Made by a program: the position numbers and the translations under genes. Positions 6,192 through 16,700 of a DNA stretch of 34,756 nucleotides are shown in pieces. Source of the DNA: an uncultured Clostridia bacterium (lineage in GTDB: Bacteria > Bacillota > Clostridia > TANB77 > CAG-508); the NCBI GenBank assembly GCA_904419095.1, contig CAJFQT010000001.1:1-34756 (forward strand), written 5' to 3'. The first letter of the stretch is position 1; each line of letters begins with the position of its first letter. The notes under the pieces were generated by a model. That model was not told where the DNA came from. It was given only the letters and a program-made list of their open reading frames with translations, and ran no database searches.

Positions 6192-7907
6192 ATGATAGAC
6201 CGAGTAACAGAATACGCAAAGAAAACAGTAGATGAAAATAAAATGGGAGAATTACATATTTTAGCCTGTAAACGACATCTTGAAGACTTAAAAAGACAAG
6301 GAACAAAAGAGTTTCCGTACATATGGAACCCAGAAAAAGCAGAAAGAATTTTACAATATGCTGAAACATTAACAATTGGAGAAGGGTTTGAAAAGAAACA
6401 AGTAAAGCTAGTTGGAGGGCAGGTGCTGGATTTTGGATGTCCGTTTGGCTGGCTAAAACTAAATGGAAAAAGAAGATTTAGAAGGTCATACAAGTCTATG
6501 GCAAGACAAAATGGAAAATCCTTTGAAAACGGTATAAAAGGTACATATATAGGTGGTTTTAGTGGATACAATTACGGAAAATTATTTACAGTAGCTACAA
6601 AAAAAAGACAAGCTCGAATTGCTTGGGAAGAAATGAAGAAATTTATAGAAGCAGATGAAGATTTACAAGAACTGTTTGATATAAAAGATTACAAATCATT
6701 GATAGTTGCAAAAGATACACAATGTACAATAGAAGCTTTATCTAGAGAAAGTGGACTAGATGATGGATTTAGAGCAATATTTGCAAGCATTGATGAATAT
6801 CATCAACATCCAGATGCAAAAACGTATAAAGCTATATACAATGGTACTAAAGCTTTAGAAGAAACATTAATAAGCATTATAACAACAAGAGGAGACAAGC
6901 TAAACAGTGCTTGTTTCGAAATGGACCAATATTGCATTAATATTTTAAAAGGTATAGTAACAGCGGATGATTTTTTTGTTGATATATATGCTTTAGATGA
7001 AAAAGACGATATTTTTAATCCTGAAAATTTAATAAAAGCCAACCCATTTTTAGCGTCTACAAAACAGGGGTTAGAAAACTTAATGACAGATATGCAGACT
7101 GCTAGAGATATGGGAGGTAATGAATTAAGAGACTTTATGACAAAGTCTCTTAATTTATGGGTGCAAAACACAGAAGATAGATTTACAAGTCCACAAAAGT
7201 GGAAAAGATGTGAAACAGAATTAGAATTAAAAGATTTAGAAGGAAAAAAATGCTATGTAGGATTAGACTTATCAAGTGGCGGAGACTTAACAACAATTGC
7301 GATTGAAATACCATTGGAAGATGAAGAATTTTTCATTTTTACGCATTCTTTTATGCCACGAGCAAGAATGGAAGAACATATAGCGACAGATATTGCTCCT
7401 TATGATTTATGGGAAAAAGAAGGACTCATAACAGTAACAGGAGGACAAGCAACATATAAAAATGACTACAAATTTATTATTAAATTTTTGAAGGATATTA
7501 TAGAAGAATATGACTTGAATATACAAGCAATTGGATATGACCCACACAATGCTGACGGATTTTTAGCGGATTTAGAAGAATTTGGAGTGCCACTTCTAGA
7601 AATTAAACAATCAGCTAGATTTCTCCATGATGGAACAGAAGACATGCAATTAAATATTGAATCTAGAAAGATAAAATACAACAAAAAAGAAGAACTACTA
7701 GGTTACAGTGTTTCAAATGCAAAAATAGTAAGAAATAGTTTTGGAGAAAAGAAGATAGATAAAGAAAAAGACTCAAAAAATAAAAGAATAGACCCAGTTG
7801 ATGCTGTGATTGATGCACATATTACTCAAATGAAATTTAAAGAAGAGGAAACAGTAGATTACAACAAAGAAATGGAAGACTATTTAGAAAAAATGGGTTG
7901 GAATTAG
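6192..7907 (+). CDS. terL: terminase large subunit
   Basis: 571 aa in the expected position. ATPase-like region (RQNGKS) and nuclease-like C-terminal region (GLDLSSGGDLT ... IDPVDAVIDA). Confidence 0.9.
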   Translation: MIDRVTEYAKKTVDENKMGELHILACKRHLEDLKRQGTKEFPYIWNPEKAERILQYAETLTIGEGFEKKQVKLVGGQVLDFGCPFGWLKLNGKRRFRRSYKSMARQNGKSFENGIKGTYIGGFSGYNYGKLFTVATKKRQARIAWEEMKKFIEADEDLQELFDIKDYKSLIVAKDTQCTIEALSRESGLDDGFRAIFASIDEYHQHPDAKTYKAIYNGTKALEETLISIITTRGDKLNSACFEMDQYCINILKGIVTADDFFVDIYALDEKDDIFNPENLIKANPFLASTKQGLENLMTDMQTARDMGGNELRDFMTKSLNLWVQNTEDRFTSPQKWKRCETELELKDLEGKKCYVGLDLSSGGDLTTIAIEIPLEDEEFFIFTHSFMPRARMEEHIATDIAPYDLWEKEGLITVTGGQATYKNDYKFIIKFLKDIIEEYDLNIQAIGYDPHNADGFLADLEEFGVPLLEIKQSARFLHDGTEDMQLNIESRKIKYNKKEELLGYSVSNAKIVRNSFGEKKIDKEKDSKNKRIDPVDAVIDAHITQMKFKEEETVDYNKEMEDYLEKMGWN

Positions 7908-7917
7908 GAGGAAAAAA

Positions 7918-9225
7918 GTGAAACTTAAAGAAAGAGTAAAGACTGCATATAGAGTATTAACAAATAAAACTAGCAAAGATACAGCAATGCAACAATTAAT
8001 AGACTTTTTAGGATTACACGATACAAAAGAAAGTGCATTGTCAGAAGCCACATATTTTGCTTGCCTAAAAGTTTTAAGTGAATCAGTAGGAAAACTACCG
8101 CTTAAGCTATTACAACACAATGAAGATGGAGGGGTTGTTACTGCAAGAGGACACCCCCTTTATTTTGTATTGCACGACAGGCCAAATCCTTATATGACTT
8201 CAACAACGTTCTGGTCAACAATGGAGCAAAATAGAAATCATCACGGAGATGCATATGCGTGGATAAAAGGCGCTGGAAGGAAAACATCACTATGGATTTT
8301 ACCATCAGAAGAAGTAGAAATCTGGTATGATGACCAAAAAATATTAAGTGATGTACCTGATATTTACTATATTTATTCTCACGGTGGAAAGTTATATAAA
8401 TTCTCATCTGAACAAATTATACATTTAAAAACATCAAGTAGTTTTGATGGAATAAAAGGTATACCTGTTCGAGAACAACTAAAATCTACCATTAGTGGAA
8501 ACATAAAATCACAAAAAATGTTAAATCAAATGTATAAAAGCGGATTTACAGCTAAGGCGGTTGTTCAATATACAGCAGATTTGTCAGGCGAAAATCTAAG
8601 AAAATTTAAAGAAAAAATAGAAGATTTTGCTGGTAGTGACTTAGATGATAAAGAGGTAAAGAACATAATTCCAATTCCAGTTGGAACCACTTTAACACCA
8701 TTAAATGTTAAATTAGCAGACAGTCAATTTATAGATATAAAAAAATATAGTGCTTTACAGATAGCATCTGCATTTGGAATAAAACCAAATCAGATAGGAG
8801 ATTATGAAAAATCTAGTTATGCAAGTGCTGAAGCACAGCAATTAAGTTTTTATGTAGATACATTATTATATATATTAAAACAATATGAGGAAGAGTTAAA
8901 TTATAAACTGCTATCAAGAGAAGAAATCAACAACGGATACTACTTTAAATTTAACGTAGCGGTTATATTAAGAGCAGATTTAAAGACACAAATAGAAACA
9001 TTAAGTCAAGCAGTATCTAATTTTATATACACACCAAACGAGGCAAGAGCATTACTAGATAAGCCAGCAAAACCAGGTGGAGATAGACTACTTGGAAATG
9101 GTGCTAGTATTCCTGTTGAATTGGCAGGAGCACAATATACAAATCTTGAAGGAAAGGAGGAAGAAAAACAATGGATGGAAAAGACAATAGAGAAGATACT
9201 GACAAAATTGTTGAAGAAGGTGTAA
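7918..9225 (+). CDS. portal protein, HK97 family
   Basis: 435 aa, GTG start after AGGAGG. Shows HK97-type portal features (…AYAWI…, …IASAFGIKPNQIGD…, …TPNEARALLD…). Confidence 0.9.
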   Translation: MKLKERVKTAYRVLTNKTSKDTAMQQLIDFLGLHDTKESALSEATYFACLKVLSESVGKLPLKLLQHNEDGGVVTARGHPLYFVLHDRPNPYMTSTTFWSTMEQNRNHHGDAYAWIKGAGRKTSLWILPSEEVEIWYDDQKILSDVPDIYYIYSHGGKLYKFSSEQIIHLKTSSSFDGIKGIPVREQLKSTISGNIKSQKMLNQMYKSGFTAKAVVQYTADLSGENLRKFKEKIEDFAGSDLDDKEVKNIIPIPVGTTLTPLNVKLADSQFIDIKKYSALQIASAFGIKPNQIGDYEKSSYASAEAQQLSFYVDTLLYILKQYEEELNYKLLSREEINNGYYFKFNVAVILRADLKTQIETLSQAVSNFIYTPNEARALLDKPAKPGGDRLLGNGASIPVELAGAQYTNLEGKEEEKQWMEKTIEKILTKLLKKV

Positions 9226-9947
9226 TTTGCAAATCAGTAGGAGTTGAAAATCAAGAAGTTACAGACGAAGAACTTAGAAAAATTAACAAATTTACACTGA
9301 CTCCTTTAAAAGCAGATGAAGTATTTACGTTTAAATTAATAATGGGAGATAACGAGCTAGATGATAGGAATTACGAGCCATTCAATTTAAATGCTTTAAA
9401 AGATTTGCAAAAATTATACATTGGGAAAACAATGATAAAGGACCACAGAAGAACAGCAGATAATCAAATAGCAAGAGTATATGATACGGAATTAGTTCAA
9501 GACAGTAGCAAAACAGCAAAATCTGGGGAAATTTATACAAAATTAATTGCAAAATGCTATATGGTTAAAACTGAAAAAAATGCAGACCTAATTTCTGAGA
9601 TTAAGGCAGGAATAAAAAAGGAAGTATCAACAAGTTGTAAACCTAAACGTGCAATTTGCTCTATATGTGGACTAGACAACATGAAAAACTATTGCTCACA
9701 TTGGTGGGGAAAAGAGTATGAAACAGCAGAAGGCAAAAAAACATGTTATTTTACCCTAGATGGAGCAAAAGAAGCATATGAAGTATCTTTTGTAGCAGTT
9801 CCAGCACAGCCACGAGCAGGAACTACAAAAAACTATGGTGGCAAAGAAATTAAAAAAGAAAAAAATAACGAAGAAGCAGAGATTGATTTAAAAATCAAAA
9901 ATCTAGCTTCTTTTTTATTTACAGAAAAAGAAAATTTGGAGGTATGA
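9171..9947 (+). CDS. prohead protease-like protein (S78/HK97-type position)
   Basis: Lies between portal and capsid. Contains IKDHRRTADNQIARVYD and the C-terminal EVSFVAVPAQPRAG motif. The start is uncertain because ATG 9171 overlaps the portal gene by 55 nt. Confidence 0.55.
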   Translation: MDGKDNREDTDKIVEEGVICKSVGVENQEVTDEELRKINKFTLTPLKADEVFTFKLIMGDNELDDRNYEPFNLNALKDLQKLYIGKTMIKDHRRTADNQIARVYDTELVQDSSKTAKSGEIYTKLIAKCYMVKTEKNADLISEIKAGIKKEVSTSCKPKRAICSICGLDNMKNYCSHWWGKEYETAEGKKTCYFTLDGAKEAYEVSFVAVPAQPRAGTTKNYGGKEIKKEKNNEEAEIDLKIKNLASFLFTEKENLEV

Positions 9948-9952
9948 AAATT

Positions 9953-11116
9953 ATGAACAAAAAAATGAGAGAATTATTAGCAAAAATTGAAAGCAAACAA
10001 GCATTAGCAAAAGGATACACAGAAGGAGAAAACAAAGACTTAGCAAAAGCGAAAGAAATTTTAGACGAAATCGACAAATTACAAGAAGAATATGAAGTTG
10101 AAAAAAGATTATTTGAAAACGAAAAAGAAGCTGCAAAATTAAATGAAGAGGATGTAGCAAAAATAGAAAAAAACATAGCAGAGAAGAAAGAAAACAAAGA
10201 AGAGGAAGATTCTGTACAAAAATTTGCAAAACAAATTAGAAATATTGCAAAAGGATTAAACGAAGGAACACCAGCAGATGGCGGTTACACAGTTCCTGAA
10301 GATATTTCTACAATGGTAGAAGAGAGAAGAGAAGCGAAAGCTTCTTTGATTGATTTAGTTAGTGTTGAAACAGTAACTACTAACAAAGGTAGCAGAACCT
10401 TTAAGAAAAGAAGCCAACAAAAAGGATTTACAAAAGTTGGAGAAGGTGGAAAGATTACATCTACATCAACACCACAATTTGAAAGAATGGATTATGTAAT
10501 TTCTAAATATGCTGGATATTTACCAATTACAAACGAATTACTAGAGGATACAGACACAAATATTGTCAATATAATTGTTGAATGGCTAGGAGATGAGTCA
10601 AGAGTAACAAGAAATAAGATTATTTTAGACTTAATTAAAACTCAAGACGAAGTTAAATTGAATGGATTAGATGACATTAAGAAAGTCTTAAATGTAACTT
10701 TAGGTAGTGCATTTAAATCTACATCTGTAATTGTTACAAATGACGATGGTTTACAATACTTAGATACATTAAAAGACAATGATGGAAAATACTTATTACA
10801 ACCAAACCCAGCTAATCCAATGGAAATGAGATTATCTGCAGGAGCAACAACAGTACCTGTAAAAGTAATACCAAACGCAGACTTAGCAACAACTTTAAAT
10901 AAAATTCCATTTATAATTGGAGATTTAAAAGAAGGTATTAGATTCTTTGATAGAAAACAATTAACTATCAATACTTCTAATGTTGCCGCAATCGGAGAAT
11001 TGAATGCTTTTGAAGAAGATTTAACATTATTCAGAGGCATTGAAAGAGAAGATTGTAAAATAAGAGATGAAGAAGCTTTTGTAAACGGATATATTAGTAC
11101 AGTAGCAAGTGTATAG
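9953..11116 (+). CDS. major capsid protein, HK97 family, with N-terminal coiled-coil delta/scaffold domain
   Basis: The track start 9944 has no RBS spacing. ATG 9953 lies 9 nt after GGAGGT. A Glu/Lys-rich first 100 aa or so is followed by the capsid fold region (...GGYTVPED...). Confidence 0.9.
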   Translation: MNKKMRELLAKIESKQALAKGYTEGENKDLAKAKEILDEIDKLQEEYEVEKRLFENEKEAAKLNEEDVAKIEKNIAEKKENKEEEDSVQKFAKQIRNIAKGLNEGTPADGGYTVPEDISTMVEERREAKASLIDLVSVETVTTNKGSRTFKKRSQQKGFTKVGEGGKITSTSTPQFERMDYVISKYAGYLPITNELLEDTDTNIVNIIVEWLGDESRVTRNKIILDLIKTQDEVKLNGLDDIKKVLNVTLGSAFKSTSVIVTNDDGLQYLDTLKDNDGKYLLQPNPANPMEMRLSAGATTVPVKVIPNADLATTLNKIPFIIGDLKEGIRFFDRKQLTINTSNVAAIGELNAFEEDLTLFRGIEREDCKIRDEEAFVNGYISTVASV

Positions 11117-11126
11117 GAGGTAGCTT

Positions 11127-11444
11127 ATGGAAGAATCAATACAAAAACTTCTTAAATTAGCAAAAGAATGTTTAAGCATAGTTGATTCTTCCACTTTAAA
11201 AGACAAGGAAATCACTATGCTTATACAATCTGCTATGTCTGACTTAGAAAGATTAAAAATAGATGTAAAGGGACACATAGAAGATAATCTAGTAAAAAAT
11301 ACAATTATAATCTATGTTAAAGCTCATTTTGGAGATGGAGACATGGATAAAAGAATCGAATATCTAAAAAGATATAAAGCTAATTTAAGGGAGTTGCAGT
11401 TTTCAGAAGAATATAAAGTGAAGGGGGTAGATAGCAATGCGTGA
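11127..11444 (+). CDS. head-tail connector (gp6-like)
   Basis: 105 aa directly after the capsid gene, with RBS AGGAGG. Confidence 0.65.
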   Translation: MEESIQKLLKLAKECLSIVDSSTLKDKEITMLIQSAMSDLERLKIDVKGHIEDNLVKNTIIIYVKAHFGDGDMDKRIEYLKRYKANLRELQFSEEYKVKGVDSNA

Positions 11445-11745
11445 TATTAGTTGCAAGTTGTTATCTACAACTTATAAAAAAAACGAAAAAGGTGTCTTAA
11501 TGCCTGTTGAAACAACAGAGAGAGAAATACCTATCATAGACGAGGAAGATGTATATGCAAACGAATATTACCAAGCAAATCAACAAGGATACAAACCAAC
11601 TCTAAGATTAGTTATAAGTACTTTAAATTACCAAAATGAGGGCGAATTAATATATATGAATACTAAATATACTATAATTCGTCCTCAAAAAAGAAATGAA
11701 GATGAACTTATATTGGTATGTGAAAGGAAAATAAAAAATGTCTAG
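11437..11745 (+). CDS. head closure protein
   Basis: 102 aa, with overlapping start. Assigned from position in the HK97-like gene order. Confidence 0.55.
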   Translation: MRDISCKLLSTTYKKNEKGVLMPVETTEREIPIIDEEDVYANEYYQANQQGYKPTLRLVISTLNYQNEGELIYMNTKYTIIRPQKRNEDELILVCERKIKNV

Positions 11746-12139
11746 TCCTATTAAGATTGAAAATCTACAGAGTGAAGTTATGAAATATTTAACGGATTAT
11801 GTAGAAGATATCGAAGAAGGTGTAAAAGAAACGACAGATAGCATATCTAAAGAAGCCGTTAAGGAAATAAAGCAAAAATCTCCTAAAAGACAAGGAACAC
11901 GAAAAAATCCTTATTGGAAAGGTTGGACAAAGAAAAAAGATAGTAAAGGTAGAAGATATACAATTAAAATTTATAACAAAACAAATTATCAGTTAACACA
12001 CCTATTAGAAAATGGACATGCTACCAGAAATGGTGGAAGAACTAGAGCACAACCACATATAAAGCCAGTAGAAGAAAAATATAACAAGTTATATGAGCAA
12101 GAAATAAAAAAAGTAATAACAAGGAGGTCTAAAGCATGA
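11738..12139 (+). CDS. HK97 gp10-family morphogenesis protein
   Basis: Contains ...LENGHATRNGGRTRAQPHIKP..., which matches the gp10-family signature region. Confidence 0.7.
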   Translation: MSSPIKIENLQSEVMKYLTDYVEDIEEGVKETTDSISKEAVKEIKQKSPKRQGTRKNPYWKGWTKKKDSKGRRYTIKIYNKTNYQLTHLLENGHATRNGGRTRAQPHIKPVEEKYNKLYEQEIKKVITRRSKA

Positions 12140-12447
12140 CATTAGAAGATTTAGATACAAGATGTAAACAGGAAGAAATACAATATGCTTATGGAGCTTT
12201 TCAAGAACCAGTTAGTCCTCCACATTTAGTGGCATTAGAAACAGAAACAGATAACTTTATGGCAGACAATAAAGTTTTTAGTAGAAAAGGTAGAATCCAA
12301 TTGGATTTAACTATGGATTATATGGATTTTGGTTTAATAGACAAAGTCGAAAACAAAATTTTATACGATGTATGTTGGAATAAAACAGAAACAACTTATT
12401 TGTCAGATGAAAAAGTCTGGCAAATAAGTTATTTTTTCGAAATTTAA
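12136..12447 (+). CDS. tail completion/terminator-position protein
   Basis: 103 aa, ATGA overlap, located just upstream of the major tail protein. Confidence 0.5.
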   Translation: MTLEDLDTRCKQEEIQYAYGAFQEPVSPPHLVALETETDNFMADNKVFSRKGRIQLDLTMDYMDFGLIDKVENKILYDVCWNKTETTYLSDEKVWQISYFFEI

Positions 12448-12470
12448 AAAAGAAAGAGAGGAATTTTAAA

Positions 12471-13055
12471 ATGGCAGGAGAAACAAAAAACAAGGTTAAA
12501 TTTGGATTAAGCAATGTACATATTGCAAAAATTACAGAACAAGATGGAGAAATAACTTATGGAACTCCATTTCCAATGCCTGGAGCTGTGAGTTTAACAG
12601 CAGATCCAGAAGGAGACACAACACCATTTTATGCAGACAATATTAAATACTATATTGCCGTTGCAAATAATGGTTGTACAGGAGATTTAGAAATAGCGAT
12701 GACTCCAGAGGAATTTTTAACACAAATTTTAGGACAAGAAAAAGATACAAATGGAGCTCTAATTGAAAGTTCTAACGATGTAAATGCTAGATTTGCATTA
12801 ATGGGAGAAATAGAAGGAGACGCTAAAAAAAGAAGATTTATATACTATGATTGCACAGCAACAAGACCATCTGCTGAAATGAATACTATAGAAGAAAGTA
12901 AAGAACCACAGACAGACACAATCTCTATTACAATGGCAGCTAGAAGCTCTGATAATGTAATAAAAGCTGTAATAGAACCAAACGAAACAAATCAAGATGT
13001 GTACGATACATTTTTCAAAAAAGTTTATGAAAAAAATGCAGCAGCAAGTGTATAG
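12471..13055 (+). CDS. major tail protein (phi13-like)
   Basis: MAGETKNKVKFGLSNVHIAKIT...YGTPFPMPGAVSLTADPEG. Position fits. Confidence 0.8.
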   Translation: MAGETKNKVKFGLSNVHIAKITEQDGEITYGTPFPMPGAVSLTADPEGDTTPFYADNIKYYIAVANNGCTGDLEIAMTPEEFLTQILGQEKDTNGALIESSNDVNARFALMGEIEGDAKKRRFIYYDCTATRPSAEMNTIEESKEPQTDTISITMAARSSDNVIKAVIEPNETNQDVYDTFFKKVYEKNAAASV

Positions 13056-13064
13056 GAGGCAAAT

Positions 13065-13457
13065 ATGAGAAAAATTAATATTTGTGGACATGAATATGAG
13101 ATAGAGTGTAATGCTCTATCTTACATTCAGTATAGAAAAATATTCGATAAAGGAATTTTTGAAGATATACAAACAATAGAAAATTTTGTATCTTTGCAAG
13201 TTATAATGGCAGATAAGTTAAAGAAAGAAAATCCAAAAATAAGCGATTCTGAAATAACTAAAGAACTCTCAAAAATAATGCTTAATAATATAGACGAATA
13301 CATAGAAGCAGTTACAAGAATAGCTTATATTTGTATTTATACAGCAAATAAAGAAGTAGGAAACTATGAAGAATGGCTAACGCAAATAGACAGAATAAAT
13401 ACAAACGACAAGTGGATTGTAGAGGTAACGGAATATGCCGTAGCTTGCTTTTGTTGA
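13065..13457 (+). CDS. tail assembly chaperone (G-like)
   Basis: 130 aa between the major tail protein and the tape measure. Confidence 0.7.
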   Translation: MRKINICGHEYEIECNALSYIQYRKIFDKGIFEDIQTIENFVSLQVIMADKLKKENPKISDSEITKELSKIMLNNIDEYIEAVTRIAYICIYTANKEVGNYEEWLTQIDRINTNDKWIVEVTEYAVACFC

Positions 13458-13701
13458 CGAAGAAGTCTTAAAAGAGCTAAAAAAGCAAAACTATGGTAAT
13501 GACAGTAAAGAAGATTTATTTCCAGAACACGCATTTATAGCAACTTGTTTAAGGATAGGATTAAATTTAAAAGACTTAGAACATTTGACATATGTAGATG
13601 TGTTAAAAATATTTTTATCACTTTCTGGATATAGAACAAATTCAAACGAAAATGGTATCAGAATGGCAAGTCAAAAAGAAATAGATAGATTATTAGGATA
13701 A
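13456..13701 (+). CDS. T-like extension of the tail chaperone, reachable only by a +1 frame change from 13065..13457
   Basis: 81-codon open frame (DEEVLKELKKQNYGNDSKEDLFPEH...) with no ATG/GTG/TTG start or RBS. This frame is open only from 13444. The junction is GCU UGC UUU UGU UGA C. Confidence 0.55.
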   Translation, partial: DEEVLKELKKQNYGNDSKEDLFPEHAFIATCLRIGLNLKDLEHLTYVDVLKIFLSLSGYRTNSNENGIRMASQKEIDRLLG

Positions 13702-13741
13702 GAGGGTAAAACCTCTTATTTTTCTGTATAAGGAGGATAAA

Positions 13742-16700
13742 ATGGCAGGAACAATAAAAGGAATAATAGTCGAAATTGGAGGAGATACATCAGCGTTACA
13801 AAAAGCATTAAGCAAAGTAAATTCTGCTACATCTAGTTTAAGCAAGGAATTAAGAGGGATTAACTCTTTGCTTAAGCTAGACCCCTCTAACACAGAATTA
13901 TTAGCACAAAAACAAACAGTGTTAGCAGAAAATATAGATAAAACAACGCAAAAACTAGAAGAATTAAGGAAGATACAACAAGAAGCAGATGAAAAAATAA
14001 GAAACGGAGGAGAAATATCTCAAGAAAATTATAGAAATCTGCAAAGAGAGATAACAAGTACAGAAAACAAGTTAAAAGATTTACAAGTGCAAGCTAGCAA
14101 ATGGACAACAGCAGGACAAAGCATAGAAGAGTTTGGCAACAAAATAACAAAAATATCTAGCAAATTGGACAACTTAGGAAGTACATTAACAACTACATTA
14201 ACATTACCAGTTTTAGCAATAGGAACAGCAGCAGTAACAACAGGAAATGATTTTGAAGCACAAATGTCTAGAGTACAGGCTATTGCAGGAGCGACAAAAG
14301 GAGAATTAGAACAATTGACACAGCAGGCAATGGAATTAGGAGCAGAAACAACATTTAGTGCAAGTGAAGTGGCAGCAGGAATGGAAAATTTGGCGAGTGC
14401 AGGATTTAGTACAAATGAAATAATGAATGCAATGCCAGGTTTATTAGATTTAGCAGCAAGTTCTGGAGCGGAATTAGCGACAGCCTCTGAAATTGCAGCA
14501 AGTGCAATAAGAGGTTTTGGACTAGAAGCAAGTGAAGCAGGACACGTTGCAGATGTATTTGCAGAAGCAGCAGCAAGGACAAATGCACAAACAGAAGATA
14601 TGGGAGAAGCGATGCAATATGTAGCACCTGTTGCAAAAACTGTAGGATTAAGCATAGAAGAAACCGCAGCTGCAATAGGAATTATGTCTGATGCAGGAAT
14701 AAAAGGTAGTCAAGCAGGAACAACATTAAGAAGCGGACTAGTAAGAATAGTAAAACCAACTAAACAAGTTAAAGAAGCAATGGAAACATTAGGTGTAGAA
14801 TTTTACGACAATAATGGAAAAATGAAATCTTTAACGCAAATTATAGATGAACTGCAAAAAAGTACAGCAGGATTATCTGATGAAACAAAAAATCAAGCAT
14901 TAGCACAAATATTTGGAACAGAAGCATTATCTGGAATGCTAGCATTAGTAAATAGAGGTGCAGGAGAATTAGACAGTATGACTAAATCTTTTGAAAACGC
15001 AGATGGTGCAGCAGAAAAAATGGCAGATACAATGCTAGACAATACTTCTGGAGCATTAGAAAGCTTAAGTGGTTCTTTTGAGAGTGCAGGAATTGCAATA
15101 CAAAAAGCACTAGCACCAGAAATTAAAGATTTGGCTAAATGGATTCAAGATTTGGTTGACGATTTTAATAATTTGTCTGATGAAGAACAACAAAATATAA
15201 TAAAAACTGTAGCTCTAGTAGCAGCAATAGGACCAGCGATTAAGATATTATCTAAGTTAGGAAGTGGAATTGGAACAGTAACAAAAGGAGTAGGAAAATT
15301 CTCGCAATCAATAGGGAAGACAATACAAAGCATGAAATATAACATTGAAACTGCAAGTACATTAAAGTCTAGCTTTAGTTCTATGTTGGGACCGATTGCA
15401 CTAGCGACAACAGCTATAGCTGGAGTAACAGGAGTGCTAATAGCTCTCGAAAAGTACGCTAACAGAAATGTAGATGCAATAGTAAAAACAAGAGAAGAGA
15501 TTCAAAAAGAAATAGAAGAAAGAAACAAACTTATTGAAACGCAGAAAGAACAAATGAGTTCTAATTTAGCAGAAATTGATAATAGTCAGGATTTATATAA
15601 TGAATTAAAACAAATAACTGACGAGAACGGAAAAATTAAAGATGGATATCAAAAAAGAGCAGAATTTATAATAGGAGAACTAAGCAAAGCATTAGGAATT
15701 GAAGTTGATTTAAATGGAGATCTAATAAAAAATTACAAAGAATTACAAAAAGAAATTGATAAAACAATATTAAAAAAGCAGGCAGAGATATTTTTAAATG
15801 CAGAAGAAGAGAGGTATGCAGAAGCTATACAAAAGCAAAATGATGCATATGAAGAACTTGTAAACCTACAAGAAAAGTTAGCTGATGCAATAAAAAGAGC
15901 ATCACAACCAGAAGGGGATTTTTTTAGAAATCAAGAGATTCAAAAGGCTAAATTAGAAGTTCAACAATTAGGACAAGCAATAGAAGAACAAAATGATTTA
16001 TTGAATGATTACTCCGAAGATGTGGCAGGATATGAATATGACAAGCAGCTTATGCAAGAAAATACTAGTGAATCTTTACAAGAATTAATAAATAGAAATA
16101 AGTTTGCATACCAAAGTGAATCTTTGACAATAGAACAGGAAACAGCAAAACAGATAGGGTTTTTGAGCAATGAAATTGCAAGAAATAAAGAATTATATCA
16201 AGAAAATATCAACAATCATAATAAAGCAAATGCGGAAATGTATGCGAATCAGATAGAATCCAATCAAAACCAATTAATAGAGCAAGCAAAACATTTAGGC
16301 ACAATGATTTCAACAACAAAAGAAATTACTCCAGAAATACAAGAAGCATTTAAAAATGTTGCTAGTGTGAGTGTAACAGCTTTCAATGAATCCATAAAAG
16401 ACTTACCGCCAGATGTACAACAAAAATTAAGGGAAATTACAGGTATTGTAGATACAAGTAATGAAACATTAGTTACTCCAAGTTTTTTTAGCTTAGGAGA
16501 GAATGCGAAAACTAATTTTAACAGTCAAGTAGCTTTAATGGAAAATGGAGTTGACACTACATTAAACAATGTAAATGATAAAATAAAAACTAATACAACA
16601 ATACAAGATTCGACCAAGACGTTGGGACAAAACATGACAACAACTCTTAATGAAAATGCAAATGGAGAAGAAAGTGGCAAAAACTTTGTAGAAGGAGCAA

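Noticed and set aside
14029-14655. 208-aa minus-strand ORF (and others at 14406..14675, 15145..15345 and 16525..16719) inside the tape measure gene
   Set aside because: It is antisense to a clearly conserved 1124-aa tape measure ORF. It has an Ala/Ser-rich low-complexity translation and no RBS. Such ORFs are typical shadow ORFs.
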